Part shown: in pieces, positions 11,999 through 24,389 of the stretch
Layout: each line of letters starts with the position of its first letter
Numbering within the stretch: position 1 is the stretch's first letter
NCBI RefSeq assembly: GCF_000143415.4
Contig: NW_003314305.1
Coordinates: 681,709-745,708 of the forward strand
DNA from: Selaginella moellendorffii
Taxonomy: Eukaryota > Plantae > Lycopodiophyta
Length of the DNA: 64,000 nucleotides
Reading direction: 5' to 3'
The notes under the pieces: model-generated
Database searches by the model: none
What the model was told of the DNA's origin: nothing
What the model saw: the letters and a program-made list of their open reading frames with translations, nothing else
Program-made: the position numbers and the translations under genes

Positions 11999-12957
11999 AT
12001 GGCGGGAGAGCCTGGTGCTTAAGCCCTGAAGACGTTCTCACCAATTTCCAGCTTGAGAATTTTGGAATCGTACAAAAGGCAGGGCATATCCTGAAACCGG
12101 ACTCAGTGCTGCAGGCAAAGCTGGAACAAGTTAGGATTTACGGGGCGGGTGACTTCACAAGGGAGAATTATATTGCCGGCCAAACCAGCAACGAAGCAGA
12201 GCAGGAAGAACAAGAAGAAAAGGAAAGCTTCGTTTTGGAGCCAGATGAGGAAAGTTCAAATCAACAAGTCGGGAAATTGGAGGTGATACTTCCTGGGACA
12301 TACACTGGAGGTGAAGTTGTGATCACCTCTTGTCAAGGGAAGAAGCATGTGTCGGTGGCCACAAATGAAAGTACGACGTTCAGGTGGGTGGGTTTTACAA
12401 CCGATGCCGCCTCTGTTGAGGTGAGAGAGGTGAAGTCAGGTTATAGAGTTTCACTCATCTACAAGCTCTACAAGGCAACTTGGGAGGCAGAGGTGGACTC
12501 TTTCCCACAGGGTATCTTGAAATCGATCCAAGAGGCTGCTGCTGATTTGAAGGACAAGGAGAAGTTGGTATATGCATGTGTCCATGACTATCCATGCACA
12601 CACCAGCATGTTCTGAAAGATGAGTATGAGGATGTGACCTACGATGATGTTGTTCCGTTGCTAAAAGGTTCAGATTCCAGCGTTTACCATGCAATGAAGG
12701 ATGCAGGCCTTCAAGTTAAGCTGTGTGGCCTTGTCGAATTCGAGTCAGAGACTTCAGACGAGATACGCTATGGGTTACATAATGGTTTTCCTGGCCTCCA
12801 GATGATACAAGAGCACTTTGATTTTAATTATGAGGACAGAGGCATTTCTGAGTATGCAGGGGAAGAGTGTCGAGCTGTGGTACCGCGGTTCCTTCATAAG
12901 GATGAGTCGAGAGGGATCTACACGGTAAATGAATCGATCAAAGCTGGTATAGTTTAA
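11999..12957 (+). CDS. 2OG-Fe(II) oxygenase-like (DSBH) protein, catalytically degenerate; further upstream exons likely (~10.8-12.0 kb)
   Basis: RAWCLSPEDV...AKLEQVRIYGAGDF...GKLEVILPGTYTGGEVVI...WVGFTTD...EVREVKSGYRVSLIYKLY follows the layout of the fungal-type 2OG-Fe(II) family, but without HxD or the distal His. Confidence 0.6.
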
Positions 12958-13434
12958 CATATTGATTTTGCAGGATGGTTGGGGGGCTTTTGAAATGGTG
13001 GATCATAAACGAGGGTATATGAACTATGTGAAGAAACGAATGGTCTTAACTGGGGAGGAAAGCTCAAGGGATGATGCAGCAAAAAAGGCCAAAATGAGCT
13101 AGACACTCGGCCGCCAGCTACCTGGTGAACACACAAGTTTTCTTGCCTGTGGAATTTATGTTTCCTTGTAGAATAGGAGGTTAGTTGCTACTTTGGAGAT
13201 GATAGTTGTGCCTTCATATATGAGTCTACATCTTCCTGTCACAAGCTCTGATTTTAACAACTCACGATTTGACTGTCTACTTGGTTACTTTGCAAATTCA
13301 TACAGCACTTGCGTGCTGTTCTTTCGCAGGCTGTGGTTAAGTTTCCACGTTGGTATCAGACCACAACTCAAATCCGTGCAAGATGGTCAATCTTATGTTG
13401 AGAAAAGCAGAAGCTCATGAAAAGAGAGGAGGCT

Positions 13435-13560
13435 TGGCAGAAACACCGAGAGAGGGTACCTATAATCCATGGTGAATGTGTCCTTGCCAATCTTCCCGTC
13501 CGGATCGCTCGGCTGCTAGAAGGTCTTCACTGATGCCGGTCGTGCCATCGCAGCGGCACC
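13435..13560 (-). pseudogene. Tubby-domain C-terminal fragment
   Basis: Minus strand reads ASVKTF*...GKIGKDTFTMDYRYPLSVF, the conserved Tubby C-terminus, with a stop and an internal deletion. Confidence 0.75.
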
Positions 13561-14222
13561 AGAAGTTAAGTTTGTCGTGCTGGTCCTTTCATACCCGAAT
13601 ATTATAATTAGTTGCTCAAGTGAAAACCTCTAAATGAAACCTGACCTTGGACTTTTGGATCTGCTGCTTGTTAGGAAATCTGGCTCTCGCACTGAGCACA
13701 AGTTGTTTGCATTTCAGTTTCTCAAAACACACAATATTTCTCTATATATTTCAAAGTACTAGTATCATAATGCAGCTCTGTAAATACCTAATAGATGATC
13801 CTCATATATAACAACGAAGTTTCACATGACTAGAAGGCCGTACCTTGTTCACTGCGAGCGCTGCCTCTATGGTGGAATCTCCGCAGCAGGATGATTTCCT
13901 GACGCTGAGATCAGGGATGTCGGGATTTTCTGGGAAAATTCTGGCAAATGCTGAGGAATTCAAGACAGCTCAGATGGATCAAAACAGGTCGCATCGGTCT
14001 GCCATTAGCAGATTATTGTCCGCACGGATTTTCAACTCTGATATTATTACCAAAAACGAAAGGTTAGCATCCAATGTACCTTGTTCAATTCCTGAAATAA
14101 CAGTAATAGTTAATATCCAGTATCTTTTGCTATATTAATAGTAAAATGGCTTGATATTTTTAATTTACCAATTAATTTTTAAAGGAAACCTTTTAAGAAA
14201 TAAACATTTTTTACTACAAAAT

Positions 14223-17200
14223 CTATGACATTCTCACTTTTGCAAGCAAGTCAGGAGTGGCATGCTCCCTAATTGAGATGGCTGCACTTTCCACTGCTCC
14301 AATTAACTCCTCTCCCACACTTCCTTCTTCCATGCTTCCACCCAGCTTGGCTACTCGTTCCATCACAGAGAAGAGTCTACTTGCCACAACTCGCGCGCTT
14401 TGATTCCATTTCTTCTCTGCCAAAAGCTTCTGCAAGCTATGAGGAAGCTGACGGACTATCTGTGGCTCGCTCAGAGTGAAGAGGTACGAGTCGGGGCTCC
14501 ATATGCTCGTAAGCAATGCCATGAACGAAATGGCCTTCACAAACAGATCCCGAGTGAGTTCTTGCCCATGTAGAGAATGCCTTACCGTTGAGGGAAACTT
14601 TGATACGTAAGCTGTGTCTATTGTATCCAGTAACCACTCATGCTTATCTTCAAACTGGGCGTCCTTTAGAGCCAATGCACATTCGGTCATTAGCATCCAG
14701 TGTCCTGCAAAAGAAACGAGCTGAAGAGAAAGGACTGGAAAAATGCCAGTGAGGAGGAACCTGTTATCTGCCTGTCTAGCAGTCGAGAACGCACGACTTT
14801 CAGTGACGACAGTGGGAGAACTTTCATAGCGGCCAGCCGAGACCTTGCAAACGCAACCTTTCCAAAGCTTTCGTCCTGGATCTGCAAGCCAAACCTTCTA
14901 TTATGTACTTCTGTAAGCGTATGTAGCTTACCTTGAAAACGTCTAGCAACCAGCTCGTCCTTGCGGGTTTCAGGCATTCCAGAGCTACTGACCACTCCAT
15001 TGTATCTCTTTCGGTCTCTTCCGTGTCGTTGTGATCGATAAAACGTGCTGGAGACATGGATATTAGCTGTCTCATGCAGCTCTCGATGTGTACGAGAAGA
15101 TCTCTTGTATCTGTGGCCCAGAACTTAGCAAGTCCCTTCCAACATTCGACTCTGCATTCGCGACCGTCGGTCTGGAGTTTGCCAAGTACTTGTATAACGT
15201 CGGCTAGAAGTTTCTCCATGCGGGCTAGCGAGAAGATTTTGTGGAGGTCACCGAGACGGCTCAGCACGACTGTCCGCAAACTTGTTTCGATAGTGACCAG
15301 CTTCGAGCCTTCACATACCTCGTCCAGAACACTTGCTAGAGGAGGAACTTTGTCGGCATGACGAAAAGAGAAGATCAAGCACCGCTTTCTAACGTCTCCA
15401 TGATCGGGACCTGACGATGGCTGCAGAAACCATTCCTTGTGCTGCATGATTCGACGTATCAGACCTCCCCAGTCGAGCATAGGGAGTCTCGGAGCCTCTT
15501 CTAAGCATCGCATCACACTGATGACCTCATCACATGGAATACCGACCTGATCCAAAGAAAACATACGAAGATAAGCATCATAGCAGCTAAAGTCGCATTC
15601 TTTACCTTCGTCAATCCAATGCTGGACAGCCACTCGCTCAGCAAACGCAAGGTGCTGTGCGCTGGAAGACTTGACAAGCTAACCGGCTGATAGCTCCAAC
15701 GAACTATTGCTCTAGTGGGCCGCTCACTACCTTCTGCTGACACCCGCCCTTGGCTCACACGTAGCCATGCAGTGTGCATAATAGCAAGGCACCACCTTGC
15801 GTAGCCTCGCAACCGGCCACCTTCGCTTGAATGAGAGATGCGAACTATTTGTTGTAACATTGTTCTCAGCGTCCCCCCGTGAGCACTGCTGAACATAAGA
15901 GGAGTTGTCACCTTGTTTCCAGCTTGTAAAGAAGAGACTACGTGTTGCTCGGCTCCTTGAGGTTCGAACTCTGAGGCAACACCAGCTCCAAGAGCGTTTG
16001 CCAGCCCGAGCATTGCTCCGAGACAGTAATGCGCATCTTCCACCTGCGTGTAGCCTCTGTGAAGAGTTTCCAGCAAGTCTCTCACTGTTTCCTGAGCCAG
16101 CGGATGTGCTCCTGTCTGAAGAACCTTTGCCACAAGGCCTCCATAACCGATGCAGCTAGCCTTGAAAACATGCGCAAGCCAAGGCTGTGAGCTCCGCCTT
16201 GACTGAGGCAAGTCGACGATCTGCCGCACGAAACTACCGAGCCGGCTCAATAGTGACTCTATCTCCGCCGACTCTAGTAGCTCAAGCCTGTCCGATGCTT
16301 CCACGCACGTCGGGAGCACCAAAGAAGCGCCTGTTGCAAGACACATCGTTCCGACTTCGTCAATAGAGTCTGGTATCCAAGAGAACACTGCTTGAGTGAT
16401 ACGTTTTACCAGCGTTGTCTTTCCTGCTTTGCCGAGGGGCGTCACCGACTTTCCCAAGGCCCATACCAGACCCACTATAGCCCAAAGGTCATCCTCCTCA
16501 TTCCTTGAATCTTTCACGTTCGTTTCCTGAGTGAACACCTCTGTTGTAAAAAAGCTGTCTTGAGATAGTGCCAACATTGTCGAGAAAATCTGGGGACAGC
16601 GGAGAGCAAGCAGCTTCAAAACGCAGTGTACAATGTCGGACAGCAACGCGCATTCTTTCGAGCTGCCCATGCTGGAAAATTCTGACAAGAACAGGCTTTG
16701 GCAAGCGATTCCGAGCCCCGTAGCAGCTGACCCGACGACAAATGCGTTGTCGGCCTCGGTTGCAGACTGAATAAATAGTTAAGTTAGAAATGAAATCCAA
16801 AATCATGTAGCTCACCTGTATCAGCAAGCGCACTGCATTAGCTTTAACATCCCAGTCTGTGGGATGCAAGGAAGTTGTCAGCACTCCGAGGGACACGGCT
16901 GCCGAGCATTGCGCAGATTGATGCTCCAAAGACGATATTCTTGACTCAAGATATCTTGCAACAGAACTTGATGCCAAACTAGGTTGGCGTAACGACTGCA
17001 TAACCTCAAGTTAGATAGGCTATGGCCACTCATACGTACCCGGGAAAATGCTGCCAAAGCAAGAGTTGAGTTTTCAGCAACTCGTGGGATCCCTTCCTCA
17101 GAAGCATCAATACAGGCCTGCTGCAAAATAAGTAAACACAACAGAAATTCGCACGCCAAAACTCTTTTACCTTGACTATATGTTCACACGCTACTTCAGC

Positions 17201-20200
17201 GTTTCCATGGAGTTGACAGCCGATTTTTAGCCACTGATGCATGAAGCAGGACCAAGAGAACAGCGAAATTAACACCATGATCAAATCTCCGGAAACATTT
17301 AAGGTTTTTGCGACTTCGAAGAATACGCTCTTGAGGCCTTCGTCTTCGACCCTCAAAGCCTGCAGATGCAGATGATTGTTGTAAGCTCCAAATAAATATA
17401 AAAAGCAGCTATATACTTACCGATTTCTTCGCCGTTGCTAAACTCCCTCGGCTTGCATTCCAAAAAAATAAGAGCGAGCCTGGATAGTCGTTTTCTGCAG
17501 CATACAAGAAAAATTTAATACAACGCAACAGCAACCCATTGTCTTACGAGTCGAGCTGGTAAATGTACGAGGAATGCTTTCTAGCATCTTTTCAAGCTTC
17601 GACATGATAACCTTCTCAGTAGTAGCTCTTTGCCGCGTTCTACATGCAAATAGACGTTACGAAAAAGATTGTAAATGAAAGCACGCACTTATGCTCGTAG
17701 TCAAGAAACTTGGCAACAAGTCTCTCGCATTGGTATTTAGCGGCAGTACTGGCCCCGCGTAGAAGTATATCCACATGCTTTCCTTCATTTACCATAGTCT
17801 CTTTGAGTAGCTCCACCTACTTATTCACACAGTTCAATTTGCTTAGAAATGCGTGTATGCATACCTCGTATTCACAAAGCGATTCTACAGCTGCTGATCT
17901 CGTTCGATACCACTCTTCAGATGGCTGCTTGTCACATGAAGCAAATTCCCAGAGCGCATTCAATACTGCATGGGCATCTTCAGCATTCAGATTGGCATCG
18001 AGAGCTCCATGCTTAAGCAACATGCAAAAACTACCAGCTTGAACTTTAGTATTTAGCTCGAGTTCCTCTGAAGAAATAACGTACCTTTCAGAAATCGAAG
18101 GGCTTATCGGAAGAGGTGAAAATAATTTCGCAATCACCTTCCAAGCCGTGTAAAAATCTAAATAATAAGAACTGAGTTCCAGAAAAAGATTTTGTCCGCT
18201 TACCGATAGCATCGTGGCCACAGAGAAACGAGAGACTCTGCAATCCCAGCGCCTTGACAACAGGTGACCTGCACTCTACGCAAGCCTAATTGAAAGGTAT
18301 CAACAACTGGAACACTTCAAGCTCTTCTTTACCTGTACTGATAAAATAAGCTCTATACCCACATCGGGATCATGACCACACAGATCCCTCAGTGATGTCG
18401 CTCTGCTCAGTAGTACATCTGTTTCCTCTTTGGCTTGAGAAAACCATGACGGTACTAATGTTTTCTAACGGATAAGGACACTAAATCATAAGATGTTTTG
18501 CTACAGAACAATTTACCTGTAAGAAGGAATATGCACGATCCGTATGTTGCCAGATCTTATAGATCAATCGGATAGATGTTGCTTGAATACGCCTGCGAAA
18601 GAAGGAAAAAAAGAGTTGTTTGTTAAAATTTTAAAACAAGAAAAGATGACAATGCATGCTGGCAATTCTAAATCACTCATAAAGCCAGTAGTCTTGTATA
18701 GAAGTATTAAAATAGAAATGCATGAGGGAGAACGTACGCAATGAAGACACATTTTTACGCACAAATTTCCCTTATAGTCCACCATATGCTGAAGCAAATG
18801 CATGCTCAATGGCACGGTGGTTGGATGACCACATATATCCGGAAGAGCGTTCAAAAAAGCTATCTAGAAAGGTGAACAGTAAGTTCTGAAAAGCGATATC
18901 GTTTATCTTACCACCACATTTGTGTTCACGTCATGTCGTTGGTGATACTTCAAAGAGAACAGAAAGACGGGAAACAATGATATTCCCCATACAGCGTGAT
19001 GTTGTCCTAATAAAGCCAACATATTGATGGCAAAACCAGAGATCTTTGACGAAGGGTGAAATGTCAGGGCAGTCGTCAAGATGGCGAGTAGCATGGGAAA
19101 ATCTGAAGAAATAAGTCAGTAGTAATAAGCTATAAACAACACATTTACCAGAATCACTCAGATGAGTCGTGAGCGTCTTAAACCACGCTTCAACGTCAGC
19201 TTCCTTTGTCCACAGGGAGCATAACAGCTCATAGGCCAGTCCTCCCAGCTGCATGCTCTCACTCTTACCAGCTTTTACGTTCAGCAAACTTCCATCACTT
19301 AAGAGACGATCGATCTTCTTAAGCAGCGAGGTAGCTGCTTGTTTCAAAAGGCTAGATGGCGAGGTTAATATGTGCAACGTCGGAAATATCCAGAATAACA
19401 ACGACTGTAAAGTGAAGTTGGAATCTGAAAGTATCGCGCACAGTCAGAGTTATTTTAGAAAAGATAGAAACAGAGGACCTTTTTCGAGCCAAGTCTGTGC
19501 AAGAGCAAGTATCGAAAGTTGTTCTTGCTCTAATTCTGATATAGCCAGAAGGTAAGCCAAGGACGCCAAGTAGACATCCAGCCTCTGAGGTTTGCTCGGA
19601 AGAAGACTTATCCTTCGCACAAGGCAGACAAATGGCAGAGACGGCAGGGAATGTGTTTTGCTCTCATGCCATAGCCCGAACAAAAGCTCCAGTATTGGAC
19701 TGGTAAAATCCTCCTAAACATCATCATGTAACGTCACCACAGAAATGAAACGCACATATACCATTTCGGAGAAATGCGAGCTTTCCTCGAGCAAATCCAT
19801 GAGTTCTTGAATCCCCTCGCATAGAAATTCTATATCCTGAAGCGTCCACATTAGTGATACAAACTTTGTAAAATACAATGAAAGGATACTTGCCTGGGGA
19901 GTCTCAAGGAAACGAGACTGGGCATACTGAATCAGTAGCTTCATCAATCCAGGAGCCAAACAGGGACGGGAGATGGCAATCGCACAGAGATTCGAGTGAA
20001 GCCCTCGAGCAAAACTGCTCCTCATTCGCGACGGATCGAAAAAAACACGCGTGAGAAACGGCTGGATGAACTGCATGGCACGTTGATGGTCACTCGCGTG
20101 CAGTAGAACGAGACGAACTTGCTGGATGATCGACGAGGATGTTTCTTCACGAGATTGTAGAGCCTAGCTTCCAACAGATAAATAAATTATCACAACGAAG

Positions 20201-20624
20201 GAGATGGAAAAACAAGAAAACTGAGTACCTTGAGAAGAGGATGAACTGTGATCGAATTGTCATGGCCAGCAACATGGAGCTGGCAAAGGAATCCAATCCC
20301 GCAAACCAAAACATGTAGCGAGATGGACGACGTCACTGAATCCAGCGACGCTTGCAAGATCATCACCGCCTGGCCGAGCGAAATCCCGCCCGATTTCGCA
20401 ATCCTACACAGCTCCCGGACGCTCTGATCGACAATGCAGGGGTTCTGCGACGCGAGACATCGCATCAGCGCTTCCTTGCCGGATCCCGCTTGCGACATCA
20501 TCAATGCCGCATCTGGCGCCGCTGCAAAGCGCTGGAATATTGAGCTCACCGCAACGCGCTGGAGGAGAGGATGGGGCGCCTGGAGCTTGTCGCAGAGGAT
20601 CGCGAACGGATCCTTGGCCTCCAT
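14223..20624 (-). CDS. RST1: RESURRECTION1 / focadhesin-like ARM-repeat protein
   Basis: N-terminus (LCDKLQAPHPLLQRVAVSSIF...VDQSVRELCR) and later CLEEAPRLPMLDWGGLIRR match plant RST1. Many short-intron exons over 6.4 kb. Confidence 0.88.
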
Positions 20625-20819
20625 CGCTAATAGCTTCGCTCGAGCCCTAAATCCCCAGCATATTCTTTAATATTCTTATTCTTCGAATACTCGCATTTAG
20701 CCAGATTTAGCAACTCTTCGGCGCCATTCCCCAAAGAGAAAGAAAAATAAAAAAATTTCTCTCTCGCTCTAATCTCAATAATTCGTGTGGCGGCCACAGT
20801 CTCGCCATACACAACATAG

Positions 20820-20844
20820 CACGTGTACACCAGTCATACGTGGC
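20820..20844 (+). promoter_or_regulatory. G-box / ABRE pair in the divergent RST1-catalase intergenic region
   Basis: CACGTG at 20820 and TACGTGGC at 20837. Confidence 0.45.
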
Positions 20845-21092
20845 CACAACGGCTTTTGAGGAGCACTTCTACCCGTCCGATCGCAATCCAACGGCCAAGA
20901 ATCTCTATTTACTACGATGCTTATCTTTCCAAATCATCCACCCTTGGATCTAAGGCGCATCGACGGTCACTCTTTTTGGAAATATTCCTGGGTATATCCC
21001 TCGAGCCTTGGTTCATATCGCGAGAGGGCAAGGCGGTGAGGGCGCCGTGCCCAAAATCGTGTGCTAGCTTGGCGCGCGATTTCTTCCGCTCG

Positions 21093-23111
21093 ATGGATCC
21101 CTATAAGGTTTGATTCTCACCTTTTGCGCCGTAGCAGCTAGCGTAGAGTAGCTTATTGATTCTTTGCGCATTGCGGTGCCGGATCAATCTAGAGCAGTTT
21201 CTTCGCAATCGTGGTCTAGGCCTCCATTTCTTGATCTTCTTGCTCGATTTGTTCACGATTTGACAAAATTTCCTTGGATTTCTCCAGTATCGCCCTTCCA
21301 GCGCCTATAATTCGGCCCATTTCACCACGAACACTGGCGCTCCTGTGTGGAACAACAATGCGTCGCTCACCGTGGGCTCTCGAGGTACACAATTTCTTTC
21401 TATCCATAGCCCAAAATACTTACTTCATTGTATCTTTGTTTTTTTTTTTTTTTTTCTTGCCAGGTCCTATCCTTCTCGAGGATTATCATCTGGTCGAGAA
21501 GCTGGCCCAGTTTGATCGTGAAAGAATTCCCGAGCGTGTCGTGCATGCACGAGGAGCGAGTGCCAAGGGATTTTTCGAGGTGACCCACGACGTATCCCAC
21601 CTCACTTGTGCCGATTTCCTGAGAGCTCCCGGAGTGCAAACTCCCGTTATCGTGCGGTTTTCTACTGTCATTCACGAGCGTGGCAGCCCAGAAACTCTTC
21701 GAGATCCTCGAGGCTTTGCGGTCAAGTTCTACACTCGAGAGGTTTGTAGTTTTTTTGTTTGGCTTTCTTTCGTTTTTCTCAAAGAATGTGGTGTTGTGGA
21801 TGCAGGGAAACTTTGATATGGTTGGAAACAATTTTCCCGTGTTCTTCGTCCGAGATGGAATGAAGTTCCCTGACATGGTCCATGCGCTGAAGCCCAACCC
21901 AAGGACTCATATCCAGGAGAATTGGAGGATCATGGACTTCTTCTCGCACCATCCCGAGAGTCTTCACATGTTCACGTTCCTGCTCGACGATATTGGCATC
22001 CCGCTCAACTATCGTCATATGGAGGGCTTTGGCGTCCACACTTTCACTCTCGTGAACCGGGCTGGCAAGTGCTCCTACGTGAAGTTCCACTGGAAGCCAA
22101 CTTGTGGTGTCAAGAGCTTGCTGGAAGAACAGGCAGTCATCGTTGGTGGATCGAACCACAGCCATGCAACGCAGGATCTGCAAGACTCTATTGCAGCAGG
22201 GAACTATCCCGAGTGGAAGCTGTTTATCCAGACCATGGAAATCAAGAACGAGAACAACTACGACTTCGATCCTTTGGATGTTACCAAGACGTGGCCCGAG
22301 GATCTCTTCCCGCTGCAGCCCGTGGGTCGGCTAGTTTTAAACAAGAACATCGACAACTTCTTTGCGGAGAACGAGCAGCTGGCTTTCTGCCCCGCTTTGG
22401 TGGTGCCTGGAGTTTATTACACGGACGACAAGCTGCTTCAGACCCGAATTTTCTCGTACGCTGACACTCAGAGGCACAGGCTGGGGCCGAATTACTTGCT
22501 GCTTCCTGCGAACGCTCCCAAGTGTGCTCATCACAACAACCATCACGAGGGATTCATGAACTTCACCCACAGGGACGAAGAGGTATGACAAGCTTTTGCT
22601 TATACGTTCTATATCCTGTGTTTGCAGGTGAACTATTTCCCTTCGCGCTTTGATCCTTGCCGTCACGCTGAGCGAGTGCCTATTCCTTCTCACCCTCTCG
22701 GTGGTCGACGAGAAAAGGTTTGGCTATCTTCTCATTTTATGCTTTGGCAATAATGTTTTTCTCTTGTAGGTGATGATTGAAAAGGAAAATAACTTTGCTC
22801 AGCCAGGAGCAAGGTTCCGCTCCTGGCCTGCTGAGAGGCAAGATCTCAAACCTCTCTCTCAGCTAGTCATGTTTTAACTGAATCTCTGCTCCTCTTCCAG
22901 GCAAGAGCGTTTCATTGCGAGAGTTGTGGATGCTCTGTCCGACCCGCGCGTCACCCACGAAATCCGTAGCATCTGGCTCTCTTACTGGTCTCAGGTTAGA
23001 CAAGAAAGAAAAGACAGCATGTGATCAAACTCAACCATGAAACGTGTGCAGGCGGATCGTATGCTTGGTCAGAAGATTGCAACGAAACTCAACGTGAAAG
23101 CCAACATGTAG
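21093..23111 (+). CDS. CAT: Catalase (plant monofunctional heme catalase), intact, 8 exons
   Basis: MDPYK first exon (21093-21107), [16 protein letters not shown], heme-ligand [15 protein letters not shown]-terminal LNVKANM*. Confidence 0.97.
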
Positions 23112-23240
23112 ACGGATAAAACTATATCTGTGTCCATCGTGGTGATCGTGGTGAAATAAAGAGGTACTAGTTTCAATTATTAAACAATCCAAATCTGCAT
23201 TATTATTGAGGTATGTTTCTTGCATTGTCTTTCTTGACTT

Positions 23241-24160
23241 TTATTTGTTACCCGAGAGATCAGGCACCTGAGACTGTGGAATGCTCTTGTCACCACCTGT
23301 GTCTTGCTTGTTGCTCGTTGCTCCCTTGGTGTCATACCCAGCATCTTTCATCGATTTCTCGGCCGAGCCCCTGGACAGTTTGTTTGCTTTCTTTATTTCA
23401 ACAAGGTTCTCGTCTTGAGTCTGGAAGAGTGGTCGTCTAGCAAGAGTAGCATCTGGTGTCATGACAGGCTAGCCAACGTTATCTAAAGCTCACAAACCTC
23501 ATGAAGAGCCTCTTCCAGCCTCTGTAGCCCGCCCGGAGTAAGTTCCTCACAGTCGCACGCCGCAGTGACTCTGGGCGAGTGGACACGAGGAACACTGTCC
23601 AGTTCGTCCTGAGAAGCGTCCGGTAGAAGGTCCTCACTGGAACGATCGCCGGAGCGACGCCTCTGGCGGCCCACAAGTTAAAGTCAGTGTCGTTGTAGCT
23701 CCCAGCTCTGCAAAGTATTAACTTTCAACAGGGGAGGAAGAGATAGATCCAGACGTTACCCGAACTGCTTTGTAGCAAAGTAAGGCGTGGTTGAGAGGAG
23801 AGTACCATCGACATCAAACAGCCACGCATCAATGCCGGGCCTGGCGCAGAAAGTCTGGGCTTGCTGGAGTGCCAAGCTCGTTGCAGCTTGGACGTCGGCT
23901 TGGTACTGTGGCCCGGTGGTGTAGCTCCGGACGTATGGAACACACTCGGCAGGGACCCTCCAGCTCAAGAGGTTTCCAGACGCCACGCTAAACTGGAAGC
24001 TGCGACAGTAGGAATCCACGGACTGGGACCTTGGATCTCTCGGCGGGAGGGAAATGTCCTCGGGATTTAGCACACCAGCGAGCTCGATTGAGAAGGCAAG
24101 ATCAAACGATGAAAGAAGAAGAACAAGGAGAAATCGAGCAAGAGCAAGAAAAGACACCAT
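23241..24160 (-). CDS. Class B acid phosphatase / vegetative storage protein-like (HAD-IIIB); 3' end atypical
   Basis: Signal peptide, YCRSF...GNL, VPAECVPYV, AWLFDVDGTLLS, second exon ...TVRNLLRAGYRGWKRLFMR. No clear GDQWSD motif in the last exon, so the end coordinate is uncertain. Confidence 0.75.
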
Positions 24161-24389
24161 TGTGACTACGAAAGTTTCTCGACATGGACGACTTAATAGG
24201 CGTTGTTGATGATATAAGCATCTTATTAATCAACATAAAGCTATACAAAGAACTTTCCCGTACTCCCATTATGCAAAGGGAATAATCACTTTATTCTCCA
24301 TTTACTTACAGTATTAAATTTAAAAGTTACTATATAAGCTTTCATTCCAATCCACAGCATAATCTGTTTGAGCACAGAAGATTGGAGTT

